A stretch of DNA of 64,000 nucleotides from Rebecca billardiae RCC1528 (lineage: Eukaryota > Protista > Haptophyta), in contig OZ251224.1 in the NCBI GenBank assembly GCA_965240325.2, positions 372,001 to 436,000 of the forward strand, given 5' to 3'. Made by a program: the position numbers and the translations under genes. Below are positions 44,405 through 54,608 of this stretch, piece by piece (within the stretch, counting starts at the first letter, position 1; each line of letters opens with the position of its first letter). Under the pieces are notes generated by a model, which saw only the letters and a program-made list of their open reading frames with translations, was not told the DNA's origin and ran no database searches.

Positions 44405-44765
44405 TTCGGTGCGCGCGAAAATGAATATTAAGCGCGGCGGCGAGAAGGCCACAATGGCGGCCGATTCTTTTTCCTACAGCGTACATTCGTGGCGGCGCAC
44501 CGCGGAATGTGCCCGTCGCCGAGCCGAGTTTCCTGGGGACACGCCGCACAGCCGGCGTGTCTGCAGAGGAATGTCCCCGGCGCGTTCGGAGGAGAGCTCC
44601 GCCCGTCAAGGGTCGGGGTGCGGAGCGGCTGGAAGCTGCATGCCGTGCCCCGCGCGCACAGCCACAGGCATACTCGGAACCGCCGCGCAGGCGGTCAACA
44701 GAACGGGGCTACTCCGGCGGCGAGCTTCTTGATGGCAGCTAGACAGCGCGAAGCCTCCAGGCCGG

Positions 44766-45013
44766 CTCGTGCGTCCGCCGTAGATGGTCGGTAGCGCCGG
44801 CCTGATTGCGTGACGACCGTCTGACGGCGGCGCGGCCACGTACGATAACGCGATTGTAAGGCCGATGACCGGCACCGTCTGATCCGACGCCCCGAGCGCG
44901 ACTCGTGCGTCCGCCGTAGATGGTCGGTAGCGCCGGCCTGATTCCGTGACGACCGTCTGACGGCGCGGCTACGATTGTACTGCATGGCCGATGACCGCAC
45001 CGTCTGATCCGAC
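44766..45013 (+). repeat. Imperfect direct duplication (about 120-bp unit x2)
   Basis: CTCGTGCGTCCGCCGTAGATGGTCGGTAGCGCCGGCCTGATT... at 44766 and 44902. Confidence 0.85.
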
Positions 45014-45329
45014 ACCCCAGCAAACCGTCGGTCCGGCGCGGGACTCCGGGGCCGGCGGGCGGGCCGGCGCGGGCGGACCGGTCCGGGAGTCGGAGTCAGA
45101 CTCGCAGACAGTCGGACTGTCTGGGAGTCGCCGCGGCGGACTCGTGTCTACAGTCACAGAGCAATGCGTTCTGTCGTGTAATCTCGCACGCGCCATGCAT
45201 CCGCGACCGGGCCTGACTCAGTACGACTGATATCACCAATCGCGCTGCGCGCGCGGACGCCACCGGCAACGGCCACCGCACTGTCCACTGACCACTCACT
45301 CACCGCTAGCCGGCCAGGGCCGCGCCTCG

Positions 45330-47084
45330 TCACATGGGCACGGTGAGGTTGGGCGTGAGCTTCCCAGTCGACTCGTACTGGAGCACGGCGCGCACGAGGT
45401 TTGCATTGTACAGCTTGTCCGCCTCGTTCATGTAGTTCTCGTTGAGCATGCCGGCCATCTGCGACTCCTTGACGAGCCGCGCGTGCGTGACCAGCTCGCC
45501 CTGGTGCGCGACGGCGCGTCGGCGCGCCTCTGCGCGCAGCCTGCTCTCCACCTCCTTGGCGGCGCGCAGGTTGGCGGCGTCCGTCGACGCCTGCGCACGG
45601 GGCGCGGCAGCCGCAGCCGAGGCCGGGCGCAGCCGAGCGCGTGCGCGCGCGTGAGCACAGCTGCCAACCCGCGCGCAGCTCGTGCGCGCCCCCATCTCCA
45701 AGCACAGCCATGGGCGAGCGCGCGCACGCTGGTCCGCGCGCCGCTGCGCACCTGCTCACGGTCCGCCTGCCGTTCCTGTTCCCGGCGCTGCTCGGCGAGC
45801 TGCATCTGCTCGGTGAGCGAGCGCAGGATGTCCTTCTGCTGCTCATCGAACTTGAGCTTGTCTCGCCGTTCCCTGCGCGCGGCCGAGGCCAGGGCCGGGG
45901 GATGGGCGCGGGGCGGGCGCACGGCGCGTGAGTGCACGCGCGCGCGCGCCCAGCCGGCGCGCGCAGGGGCGCGATGCGCGCGCGGCGGCCACCGTGCGGC
46001 GCCGTGCGGCGCACCTCGCCTCCTGCTGCTCCATGTACTCCTTCTGCGCCTGCAGCATGCTCATCTCGTCCCTGCGCGCGCGCTCGGCCATGTCTGCGCC
46101 CGCGGTCTGGCCGTAGGCCTGCTGCAGCTGCGCCTGCCGCGCATGCGTCTTGCGCATCTGCTCGGTGCGCTTGGCCTCCTGCTCGTCGAGCATCTGCGTC
46201 CAGAGGGCGTCGAGCCGGGCCACCTCGTCGTCCTCCTTCGCCTTCGCCTCCGCCTTGATCCTGCGCGACTTCTCGTTCTCCTCCTTGGCCAGCTCGAGCC
46301 GCTTGGCCTTGGCGACCGCCTCGCGCGCGCGCTTGAGCTTGGTCGCCTCCTGCGCGGCGCGCAGCTCGTGCAGCATCTTCTCGTCCTCGAGCCGGGCGAG
46401 CTCGGCCTCGTCGCGCTTGCGCTGCTCGACCTGGCGCTGCTGCTCCCGGTTCAGCTCGAGCTCGTGCTGCACCTTTTGCCTGTACGCGCGCTTCTCCTCC
46501 TCCGCCTTCTCGACCGCGCGGCGACGCGCGTCCTCCTGCTTGCGCACGGCCGCCGCCTCCTCCTCCTCCTCCTTGCGCTTGAGCGACTCCTTCTCGGCGA
46601 TCTGGTGGCGGATCTGGCGGTTGAGCAGCTGGCGCGCGGCGGTCTCGCGCTCGAGCTTCTCGCGCTCCGAGTCGTCCCCGTGGCGCAGCTTGTACTTGTA
46701 CACGCTGTTCCAGTCGACCCTCGCCTTGGCGTACTCGGGCGCCGAGTCGGCCGCGACCTTCTTGTCCTCAAACGTGCCCGACGTGATCATGTTGAGGCTC
46801 TTCTTGATGTTGCGCTCGAGCTCGCGCACGTCGTCGGGGGCGAGGCGGCCCTTCGCCAGCGCGCGGTCCGCCTCGGCGCGGATCACCGCGCGCACGTGCG
46901 GGTTGGAGCTCGCCCCGAACTGCTTGGCGAGCTTGGTCTCGAGCATCTCCTTCAGCTTGCGCCGCCGCTGCAGGCTCTGCGCGGAGGCCTCGTTCGCGAC
47001 GGCCTTGGCCGGCTTGGGCCGGCTGATCTCGACGAAGCCCTCAGGCGACGGCACGAGCGTGCCCGCCTGCTGGTTGAGCACCAT
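45330..47084 (-). CDS. Long coiled-coil protein (possibly ciliary), 3 exons (introns 45873-46014 and 45591-45751)
   Basis: E/K/R/Q-rich helical ORF; canonical splice sites keep the frame through to the stop at 45330. Confidence 0.75.
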
Positions 47085-47305
47085 CGCACGCCACGCGTCG
47101 CGCGCGCGAGGAGCACGCCGACGAGGGCGGGCGCCGCCAATAACAACAGCAATGGCGGCCGTCGGGGCGTAGTCAGAGAATCGTAACGACCCCTTCGTCG
47201 TGAAAAATCTGGAGATCGGCAGTTTCGCGAGGGAAAAATCTGCAGCTTCAGCGATTTCAATTGCTTTTTTAAAGAGCAGGCAAGGCTCCCCGAACAACAG
47301 GCACG

Positions 47306-48886
47306 ATGGCGGCATCGCGTGATGCCGAGGGTGCTGCCTTCCTTCGGCGGCTGCGCGCGGCGAGCGCGGCGGACCCTTCGCTGGAGGCGCGGGCCGGCGC
47401 CGCCGAAGGCAGCCGCCTGCAGCCGCAGGCCAACCCGACGACGAACGAGCTGCTCGCCAAATTCGCGCGCGAGGCGCTGAGCGGAGTTTTCGGGCGCACG
47501 CAGCACGCGGACGCCACGCCGCGCGCCGCGCTCGCGCCCGTGCTCGCCGGCACGCGCAGGCTGCTCTGGCGCTGGCTGCGCCCGTGGCTCGGCCTCGCGC
47601 TCGTACTCGCGGCGGCGTGCTCGCGCTCCGTGCTGCTCGGCCTCGCGGCGCTCGCGGTGCTGGTGCCGTGCGCGAGCGACTGGCAGCTGCGCCGCTCGCT
47701 GTGGCACTCGGGCGCGGTGCGACCGGGGCTGCACTTCCTCGAGACGGCGCGCAACCGCGCGATCGCCGCGCGCTTCCGCGCCGCGCGCGCGCTCTGGCTG
47801 CCCCGCGCCGAGCGCGAGCTCACCCCGTGGCTGTGGAACGGCGACCTGCAGACGCTCTACCCGTTCCTCACGTACGGCCAGCAGCGGCGCGCGTACGAGC
47901 GCGTGTGGATCGAGGCGACGGACGCGGGCGCGCGCGGCGTGGGCGGCGGCGGCGAGCGCGTGGCGCTGGACATCGCGCTGCCCGAGCGCGGCCTCGACCC
48001 CTCGCGCCCCCTCGCCCTCATCACGCACGGCCTCAACGGCGGCAGCGCGGAGGCGTACGTGCTCGACTTTGTGGCGCACGCGTGCGAGGCCCTCGGCTGG
48101 ACGTGCGCGGTGCTGGTCGCGCGCGGGCTGGGCGGCACGCCGATCCGCAGCGGCGAGCTCTTCCACGGGGCGCGCACGGCGGACCTCGCCGCGGCGTGCG
48201 CGCTGCTCCGCGCGGCCGCGCCCGACGCCGCGCTCGTCGGCGTCGGCTTCTCGATGGGCGCTGTCGTGCTCGCCAACTACTGCGGCGTGAGCGGCGCGGA
48301 GTGCCCGCTCGCGTGCGCCGTCGCGGTGAGCGGCTGCTACGACTGCGTCGCGAACGCGCGCTTCGAGTACAGCCAGCGGATGTGGCAGCCGTGGCTCACG
48401 CAGCAGCTCAAGACCAACTACCTGCTGCGCGAGCCGCACGCCACCTTCCTCCGCGCCTCTGGCCGCGTGGACGTGGCCGCAGCCCTCGGCGCGCGCGTCA
48501 GCTCGATCACCGACTTCGACGCGGCCACGGTCGTGCCCTACCAGGGGTACGCGCACGTGGACGAGTACTACGCGGACATGAGCGTGGCGCACGCGCGCAA
48601 GCTCGAGCGCGTCGCCGTGCCGCTGCTTGCGCTCCACGCGTGCGACGACCCGATCGTCGACTCTGACTCGTACGCCGACTCGATCGCGCGCGCGAAGCGG
48701 CCGGAGGGTGGCGGCAACGAGCACTGCTGGTTCCTGATGACTGCGCGCGGCGGGCACGTCGGCTGGTGCCTCGGCGCGAACCCGGGGCGCCAGCGCTGGA
48801 ACTTTATCCATCGCAGCGTCGTTGACTTTGCGCACGCGGTGTTGGCAGAGCCCTTCGCCGAGCGCGCCGACGCGCCGCCGCCTTAG
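47306..48886 (+). CDS. Alpha/beta hydrolase, ABHD1/3-YheT family
   Basis: NGDLQT, HGLNGGS, nucleophile GFSMG, DDP and GGHVGW. Confidence 0.9.
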   Translation: MAASRDAEGAAFLRRLRAASAADPSLEARAGAAEGSRLQPQANPTTNELLAKFAREALSGVFGRTQHADATPRAALAPVLAGTRRLLWRWLRPWLGLALVLAAACSRSVLLGLAALAVLVPCASDWQLRRSLWHSGAVRPGLHFLETARNRAIAARFRAARALWLPRAERELTPWLWNGDLQTLYPFLTYGQQRRAYERVWIEATDAGARGVGGGGERVALDIALPERGLDPSRPLALITHGLNGGSAEAYVLDFVAHACEALGWTCAVLVARGLGGTPIRSGELFHGARTADLAAACALLRAAAPDAALVGVGFSMGAVVLANYCGVSGAECPLACAVAVSGCYDCVANARFEYSQRMWQPWLTQQLKTNYLLREPHATFLRASGRVDVAAALGARVSSITDFDAATVVPYQGYAHVDEYYADMSVAHARKLERVAVPLLALHACDDPIVDSDSYADSIARAKRPEGGGNEHCWFLMTARGGHVGWCLGANPGRQRWNFIHRSVVDFAHAVLAEPFAERADAPPP

Positions 48887-49370
48887 GAGCGGTAGCCGTA
48901 GCCCGAGCCGCCCGCAGTAGCGTACTTCACTAAGTATAGTACTTATTGCGTAGTAACGGTAATGCGAGTAAGCGGCTGATCGGACGCTCTGACAACGGTC
49001 CTACTCACGGTCGACGATGAACGAACTGAGACTGCGCTTTGCGTGTATATATAAGGCCAGAGGTACCTGGCGCGCTCAGGTTGTGCGCTGCCGATTCCCA
49101 GCTCGCTGCTCGAGAAGCGAGGCGGTGCTCGCGCCGATGACTTGCCGAATGCCCGGGGGCAGCAGCATGGCTGGTTCGTCCGCCAATCTGGCACTCGGGG
49201 CACTTTGCTCGTGCACCCGCGGCGTACCCGCAGAAGAGTCCTGAAGTTCTGCGAGGGCGGCTGCGACGAAACAGGTAAGTGGAGTGCAGAGGCCTCACAG
49301 CGAGCCCCTCCGTCATGCAGCTCGTACACACTCAGTTATTGTACCAATAACACCACATATATGTATATAC

Positions 49371-50656
49371 ATGACCGCGTTCCGCGGTCCTTTTCTGCAT
49401 AGAATCAACGCAGTTGGGGGCCCGCGGTGGCCGTGCAATCGCGGCTCTCCGCCGTAGTGGCAGTTCGCCAGTTGAAGTCGGTTCTGAGATGACTGAAGCT
49501 ATTAGTCCGACCGTCGCCCTGCCTGCGCGACCGCGAGACTCATTCACACTTCACACAATCACAGCAGCGGACCTGAGACCGCACCCGGCACCGGTCGTCA
49601 AATCGGACGTCCGTCTGACAACTAGCTGCCAAATGTCCAACTGGCTGATCAGCTCGGATCCGACCCGTCCGCGATCGTGCCATCGGCATCGGAATTACTA
49701 CTAGTAGCTGCCAAACTGTGTCCAACTCTGGCTGATCAATCAGCTCGGATCCGACCCGTCCGCGATCGTGCCGAGTGAGTCGTGCCGCGGAGCTCGGAGT
49801 ACTGAAGGAGTCGGGTGTGACAGCAGGGTGCTTTAGCGCTGCGGCCCGTGCCAGCCAACGACCAGACGTACTCTGGCCACTTGACCCGTTGCACGGGTGA
49901 GTGACCGTACGCCCTGCCTAGTGCCTACCGCGCGCGCCGCGCGACCGGCGACTCGGGGTGATGGAGAGCGGATGGCGACAGCAGCAGCAGTCCTCATGAA
50001 GACGATGAAACTGGCGGCACGGGTGCACGAGGTGGCAGGCGAAAGCGCGCCGACGAGACCGCATTTGACACACCTGAGCCGCACGCGCGTGCCGTCGCCG
50101 AGCGGCGAGCGCTGCAAACGCGCAACCGTACCGCGCGCGCCACGACGGCGCGGCACTAGCTGATGCAGGCCGTACTGCCGGCACTGCTTCTGCGATCATG
50201 CGCCACGGTCGCAGCTGACTGCGTGAGCAGCAAGCGGGAGGCGGGTCCGGAGGCACGTGCAGGCGCCGTCCGGCATATCCGCCATCGCCCATCGTGCCGG
50301 GGCACGTCACCGGCGACGATCCGGATGTGGCCCAGTCCGGACGTCACGCGATCCGGGAAGATGAGTACGATTCGCTCGTAACGAACCGTTACACTAAAGT
50401 CACGGCCAGGCTCACGTCCCGTCCATCGATTACTTATGGAATCAGCTGGGCGCGCTCTTTTTCGGCCTAATAGACCTCTCTATGCGATCTCAAAAACTCG
50501 AAACTCGGTCTCCGCCAGCCCTAAAAATCGCCCCCCGTCCCTTTTTTTCCGCCGCCCCCCGTCCCTTTTTTCTTGATCAAAGATCTTTTTGAAACGTGGT
50601 TCGGGCCCGCTGGTGCGGGCTCCACGCTGCGCGCTCCGCCCTGCACCGCGGGCCAT
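49371..50656 (-). mobile_element. Non-autonomous Helitron2/Helentron-like element, copy 3 (about 1.3 kb)
   Basis: Same ends as 17599-19128 (ATGACCGCGTTCCGCGGTCC ... TGCACCGCGGGCCAT); different interior. Confidence 0.75.
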
Positions 50657-50696
50657 TATATACGACTTTATACTTATAACAGCAGTAGCTGCTATG

Positions 50697-50739
50697 TTTA
50701 TATATATATGTATATGTATATATATACATATATATATAA
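50697..50739. repeat. (TA)n-rich microsatellite
   Basis: TATATATATGTATATGTATATATATACATATATATAT. Confidence 0.9.
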
Positions 50740-51276
50740 GTCGGCTGGCTTTTATAGTTTTATAATTTATCCCGATCATCCTGAGGCTGATGCCTTAGCG
50801 TAGCTAGTTAGTAGCGCAGCTACTACGTACGTAACGATATAACTGGGACCAGGCCCGCCTCGCGGCGGACTCGGCCCGCGGTCCGGCGGCAGCCGCGGGG
50901 GCGGCGGCCGGGTGACAGTAGCGGCGGAGCGCCCGACTGCTATTCCTCCTTCCGCGCGACGCTCCGGCTACGCGGCTAAGGTAGCGATGGGCCTGCCGAC
51001 CCCCCTCTTTGCCAGTCGCCCCGACTCTGCCCGCAACCCGCGCTATCTAACGAGGGTCGCAGTTGATCAGTAAGGGGACTGGCTGAGGGGCGGCGGCTCC
51101 CGGCCACCGTCGCGTAGGGGGGTGCCACACCTCGGAGAGGTGGCCACACCTCGGAGAGGTGGAGGCCCGGTGGCCCGGGGGCCGGTGGCTCGAGGCCGTC
51201 CGGGCCGCCGCCGCAGAGGGGAAGTGTGGGAAGAGACGCGAGAGTCGAGTGCCAGCGGTGCCACAGGCGGTCGGCG

Positions 51277-52230
51277 TCAGCCCGGATCCGCAAAGGCGGC
51301 AGCCAGCCGAAGGCGCAGCTCCCGGCGCTCCGCCGCGCGGGGAAAATACGTCGCAGGGGCGGCGTTCCAGCGACCGGCCAGCGCGCGTTCCTGCCCCGTG
51401 AAGCCGAGGAGGTCAGCCACGGCAGCGGCGCACCGGCGCACCGAGTTGGTAGACACGTCAGCGGGCCGCAGCCCAACTTCTGCGCCCACCCTGCGAAGCC
51501 AAGCCAAATAAGCCGAGTAGGGGACCGGTGCCCCCGAAGGGAGCACGAACAGGGGGTCGTCGGCCGAGGACTCCCGCGGGCGGCGAAGGAGGTACCTGCC
51601 CAATGCCGCCACTGGGCACAGCGGCGCACCCGCCGGTAGGCGGGGCAGGAGCTCAATCGCCAAGCGGCCCGCGTGGTGTTTCTCGCTGCGAAGGGTCACC
51701 AGGAAGCCGAGGGCGGTGGGTGCGAGGTCCCTGAGCCGGATGAACTTGGAGGACCCGTACCGCGCGACTCCGGCCACGCACTCGGCCCGACACATCGTAA
51801 AAAGCTGCACAAGCAGCATGGCCCAGAAAGCAGCGTCACCATCGCGCACGCGTGCGCCGATCGCGCGGACCGAATCCAGCGAAAGCGCCGGGGCCGGGGC
51901 AGGCTGGCGGGAGGGGAGCCGCCGAAAAGCGGCGACGATGTGCTGACGTCCGAGGTCCCTGATGGGCCCCTCCTGCACACCCAGGACCTGAGCCGCCACC
52001 TGCACCGCCGACACGTATTGCGTGACGGTCGTGGGAGCTTTCCCCTGCAGCCCCAAGTGCGCCGCAAACAGCCGCAGGGCCAGGGCCGACGGGGGCCACA
52101 CTGGCGCCACGCCACCCGAGTGAAAGAAGGCGACGTACGCTCGGACCCCCGCCGCGTTCGGGCCCGAGCCCACCGCCGCCGCTGCGAGCGCCACACACCC
52201 CGCGGCTGCGGCCACGATGGGGTTGTCCAT
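51277..52230 (-). CDS. Tyrosine recombinase (YR) of the retrotransposon
   Basis: N-terminal SAM-like domain (KAPTTVTQYVSAV); catalytic R (MCRAE), K (RSEK), CPV, PLF, N-x-x-R (TNSVRR), GRW and Y (ATYF). Confidence 0.88.
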   Translation of the reverse strand: MDNPIVAAAAGCVALAAAAVGSGPNAAGVRAYVAFFHSGGVAPVWPPSALALRLFAAHLGLQGKAPTTVTQYVSAVQVAAQVLGVQEGPIRDLGRQHIVAAFRRLPSRQPAPAPALSLDSVRAIGARVRDGDAAFWAMLLVQLFTMCRAECVAGVARYGSSKFIRLRDLAPTALGFLVTLRSEKHHAGRLAIELLPRLPAGAPLCPVAALGRYLLRRPRESSADDPLFVLPSGAPVPYSAYLAWLRRVGAEVGLRPADVSTNSVRRCAAAVADLLGFTGQERALAGRWNAAPATYFPRAAERRELRLRLAAAFADPG

Positions 52231-52490
52231 TACCGCCGGGTATTCCCGGCTTGTTTGCCCAGCATGAAGGGCCTCGGCCGCCTGGCGCTTGGAGGGTAGC
52301 GGCCGCCCGAAGCCCACGCTGAAACCGACCGGATCGCACCCGGCGGAGAGCTCAGGGCGGAGGCCCGCCCGCTGGCAGGGGCTTTGATAGGAACGGGCGT
52401 CGGGGCAAGGGGCTGCCCGGTCTGCCGTGGTGCAGGCAGCGACGAAAGACGCCTGCCGCTGAGCGACGAGGTCGCAAGAAGCGACAGCAC

Positions 52491-52790
52491 GCGATGTGCA
52501 TATCGACCGCTGAGAGAATTAAGGGATGGCAAGCAAGCGATGTGCACATCGCAGACCGAAGATGAGACTGCAAGCAAGCGATGTGCATATCGCTGAAAGA
52601 TGAGACTGCAAGGAAAGCGATGTGCATATCGCTGAAAGATGAGATTGCAAGCAAGCGATGTGCATATCGCTGAAAGATGAGATTGCAAGCAAGCGATGTG
52701 CATATCGCTGAAAGATGAGATTGCAAGCAAGCGATGTGCATATCGCTGATGAAAGATGAGATTGCAGGAAAGCGATGCGCGGATCGCTGA
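52491..52790. repeat. 38-bp tandem repeat array carrying about 8 palindromes GCGATGTGCAYATCGC
   Basis: Unit GCAAGCAAGCGATGTGCATATCGCTGAAAGATGAGATT at 52570, 52608, 52647, 52685 and 52723, with degenerate flanking units. Confidence 0.95.
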
Positions 52791-52850
52791 ACGGAGAAGG
52801 GGGCATGGCCGGGGGCGAGCCTGCGCGCCGTGCGGCGAGAACGCCCGGCG

Positions 52851-54608
52851 TCAAAGGGCCAGCGCCGCTTCGCCCGCCAACCGAGGCTCGGCCGCGAGCG
52901 AGCAGAGCTCGAGCCACATGTCAGCCGACGTCTCCCGGCGCCGGCTGAGGGCGTCGGCGAGGCGGTTGCGAGCACCGGGTAGATGGCAGCACCAGAGCGT
53001 GATCGCGTGCTCCGCCACCAGCAGCGAGAGGCGGTGCAGGAGGCCATTGAGCAGCGCCGAGCCCGGCACACGCCACCGGCGCAGCCACCCGAGGGCCACC
53101 GTGCTGTCCGTGAAAAGGCGAACGTGGCAGCCAGCCAGGTACGGCGCCCACTCGATGGCAGCATGGAGGAGCATGTACAGCTCCATGTCTGCGATGTGCC
53201 TCAGCTCGCCCGACACGCGCAGCGACGCCAAGTCCTTGCGCAGCGCCCAGCCGTTGGAGCAGGCGGCGCCGCCGCCCGCCGCCTCCCAGGCGGCGTCGGT
53301 AGCAATCACCGGCGCGCCCACCGCCAGGCCCACCGGGCGGAACAGCCGCCGCCAGCCGGCACCCCGCTCGAGGAGCGCGGCGAAGAATGCGCACTCGCTG
53401 GGCAGCGCGGCGCCGAGCTGGGTCGAGAGACGGCCCTGCGCAAACGCCGACGGCGTGTGCGCGAGATCGACGAAGGGGCGAAGGAAGGCCCGGCACGACG
53501 GCTGGATCGTAGCCGCCCAGCCGAGGCAGCCAATGAGCTTCTGCAGCTCACGCTCGGAGGGCCGCGATGCCCGCAGCTCGGAGAGGAGCGCGGCGTACCG
53601 GGCGCGCTTCTCTGCCGGCAGCGAGACGGCATCGTTGGCGACGTCGACGTCAAAGCCCAGGACCACGGCGCGCTTGGCGGGCGCCACGAGCTTGCCCGGC
53701 TTGTCGGCCGGGTCGAGGCCCATGGCGGTCAGCGTGGCGCACAGCCGCTCGAACGCCGCCTCGAGATCGGCCTTGCGATCGCCCCACCCGAAGAAATCGT
53801 CGATGTACGAACCGAGGCTGAACGAGAGGAGGCCGGACCAACGCGCGACGAAGGCGTCGCGAACGGCGTCGGACAGGCGCACAAACCAGTAAGGAGAGGA
53901 TGCGAGACCGAAGGGAAGAGATGTGAAGAAGTAGTAGAACCCGCGCCAGAACACGCAGAGCAGGCTGTAGTCCTCCGGACGTACGGCCATCCGCGTGTAC
54001 GCGCGCGCGATGTCCACCTTGAACACGTAAGAGTCAGGCGTGAGGGAAGACAGCATGCGGTCGATGCGCTCGAAGGAGAAGGAAGGGGCGTGCACCCGCG
54101 GGTTCACGCCCGAGGCGGTCATGTCGACGATGAGGCGCCTGTCGGCGCCCCCATCTTTGGGCACCGAGCCCAGCGGGGACACGACCATGCGCGCGCGCGG
54201 GAAGGGGCGGTGCTGGAACGGGCCAGCCAAAACGCCGAGAGAGACGTACTCCGCGATGCGCGCGTCGACAAACTCGGGGAAAGCGCGCGCTGAAGGATGA
54301 TTGGGACGGAATGCGGCAGAAGGCTGGCCGGCGAAGAGCACGTCGACGCCGTCGCGCAGCTCGCGCGACAGGTCGACGCCCGCGCCGCCCAGCAGGAACG
54401 CAGACACTTGCTGGAAACGAAGTTGGAGCGCGGTCGGCGCGACTGGCAGGCTGGCGGCGAGGCCAGCCAGCATGCGCGAGCGCTGGCACATCTCGGCGGC
54501 TGTGATCGGCGGGCAGGTCACTGTAGGGGCCGCACCGGCAGCCCACGACACCGGCAGGTCGAGCGCATCGACGCCGGCGTTCTCGCCACCCGCCGCCGCC
54601 GCCGCCTC
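52851..54608 (-). CDS. Reverse transcriptase-RNase H (DIRS type)
   Basis: SPLGSVPK, RRLIVDM, KVDIARAY, LPFGLASSP and YIDD; RNase H motifs ATDAA, IADME, FTDS and HLPGARNRLADALSR. The frame is open up to the gag stop. Confidence 0.93.
   Translation of the reverse strand, partial: EAAAAAGGENAGVDALDLPVSWAAGAAPTVTCPPITAAEMCQRSRMLAGLAASLPVAPTALQLRFQQVSAFLLGGAGVDLSRELRDGVDVLFAGQPSAAFRPNHPSARAFPEFVDARIAEYVSLGVLAGPFQHRPFPRARMVVSPLGSVPKDGGADRRLIVDMTASGVNPRVHAPSFSFERIDRMLSSLTPDSYVFKVDIARAYTRMAVRPEDYSLLCVFWRGFYYFFTSLPFGLASSPYWFVRLSDAVRDAFVARWSGLLSFSLGSYIDDFFGWGDRKADLEAAFERLCATLTAMGLDPADKPGKLVAPAKRAVVLGFDVDVANDAVSLPAEKRARYAALLSELRASRPSERELQKLIGCLGWAATIQPSCRAFLRPFVDLAHTPSAFAQGRLSTQLGAALPSECAFFAALLERGAGWRRLFRPVGLAVGAPVIATDAAWEAAGGGAACSNGWALRKDLASLRVSGELRHIADMELYMLLHAAIEWAPYLAGCHVRLFTDSTVALGWLRRWRVPGSALLNGLLHRLSLLVAEHAITLWCCHLPGARNRLADALSRRRETSADMWLELCSLAAEPRLAGEAALAL

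Noticed and set aside
49364-50663. 7-bp target-site duplication TATATAC around copy 3
   Set aside because: Not seen at the other two copies and lies in TA-repetitive sequence; probably coincidental, though worth rechecking genome-wide.
52491-52790. CRISPR array
   Set aside because: The palindromic repeats have near-identical linkers rather than unique spacers, there are no cas genes, and the context is a eukaryotic retrotransposon.
52744-52790. Hammerhead ribozyme (CTGATGA...GAAA followed by a stem)
   Set aside because: No convincing stem II, the cleavage triplet would end in G, and it lies antisense to the element.
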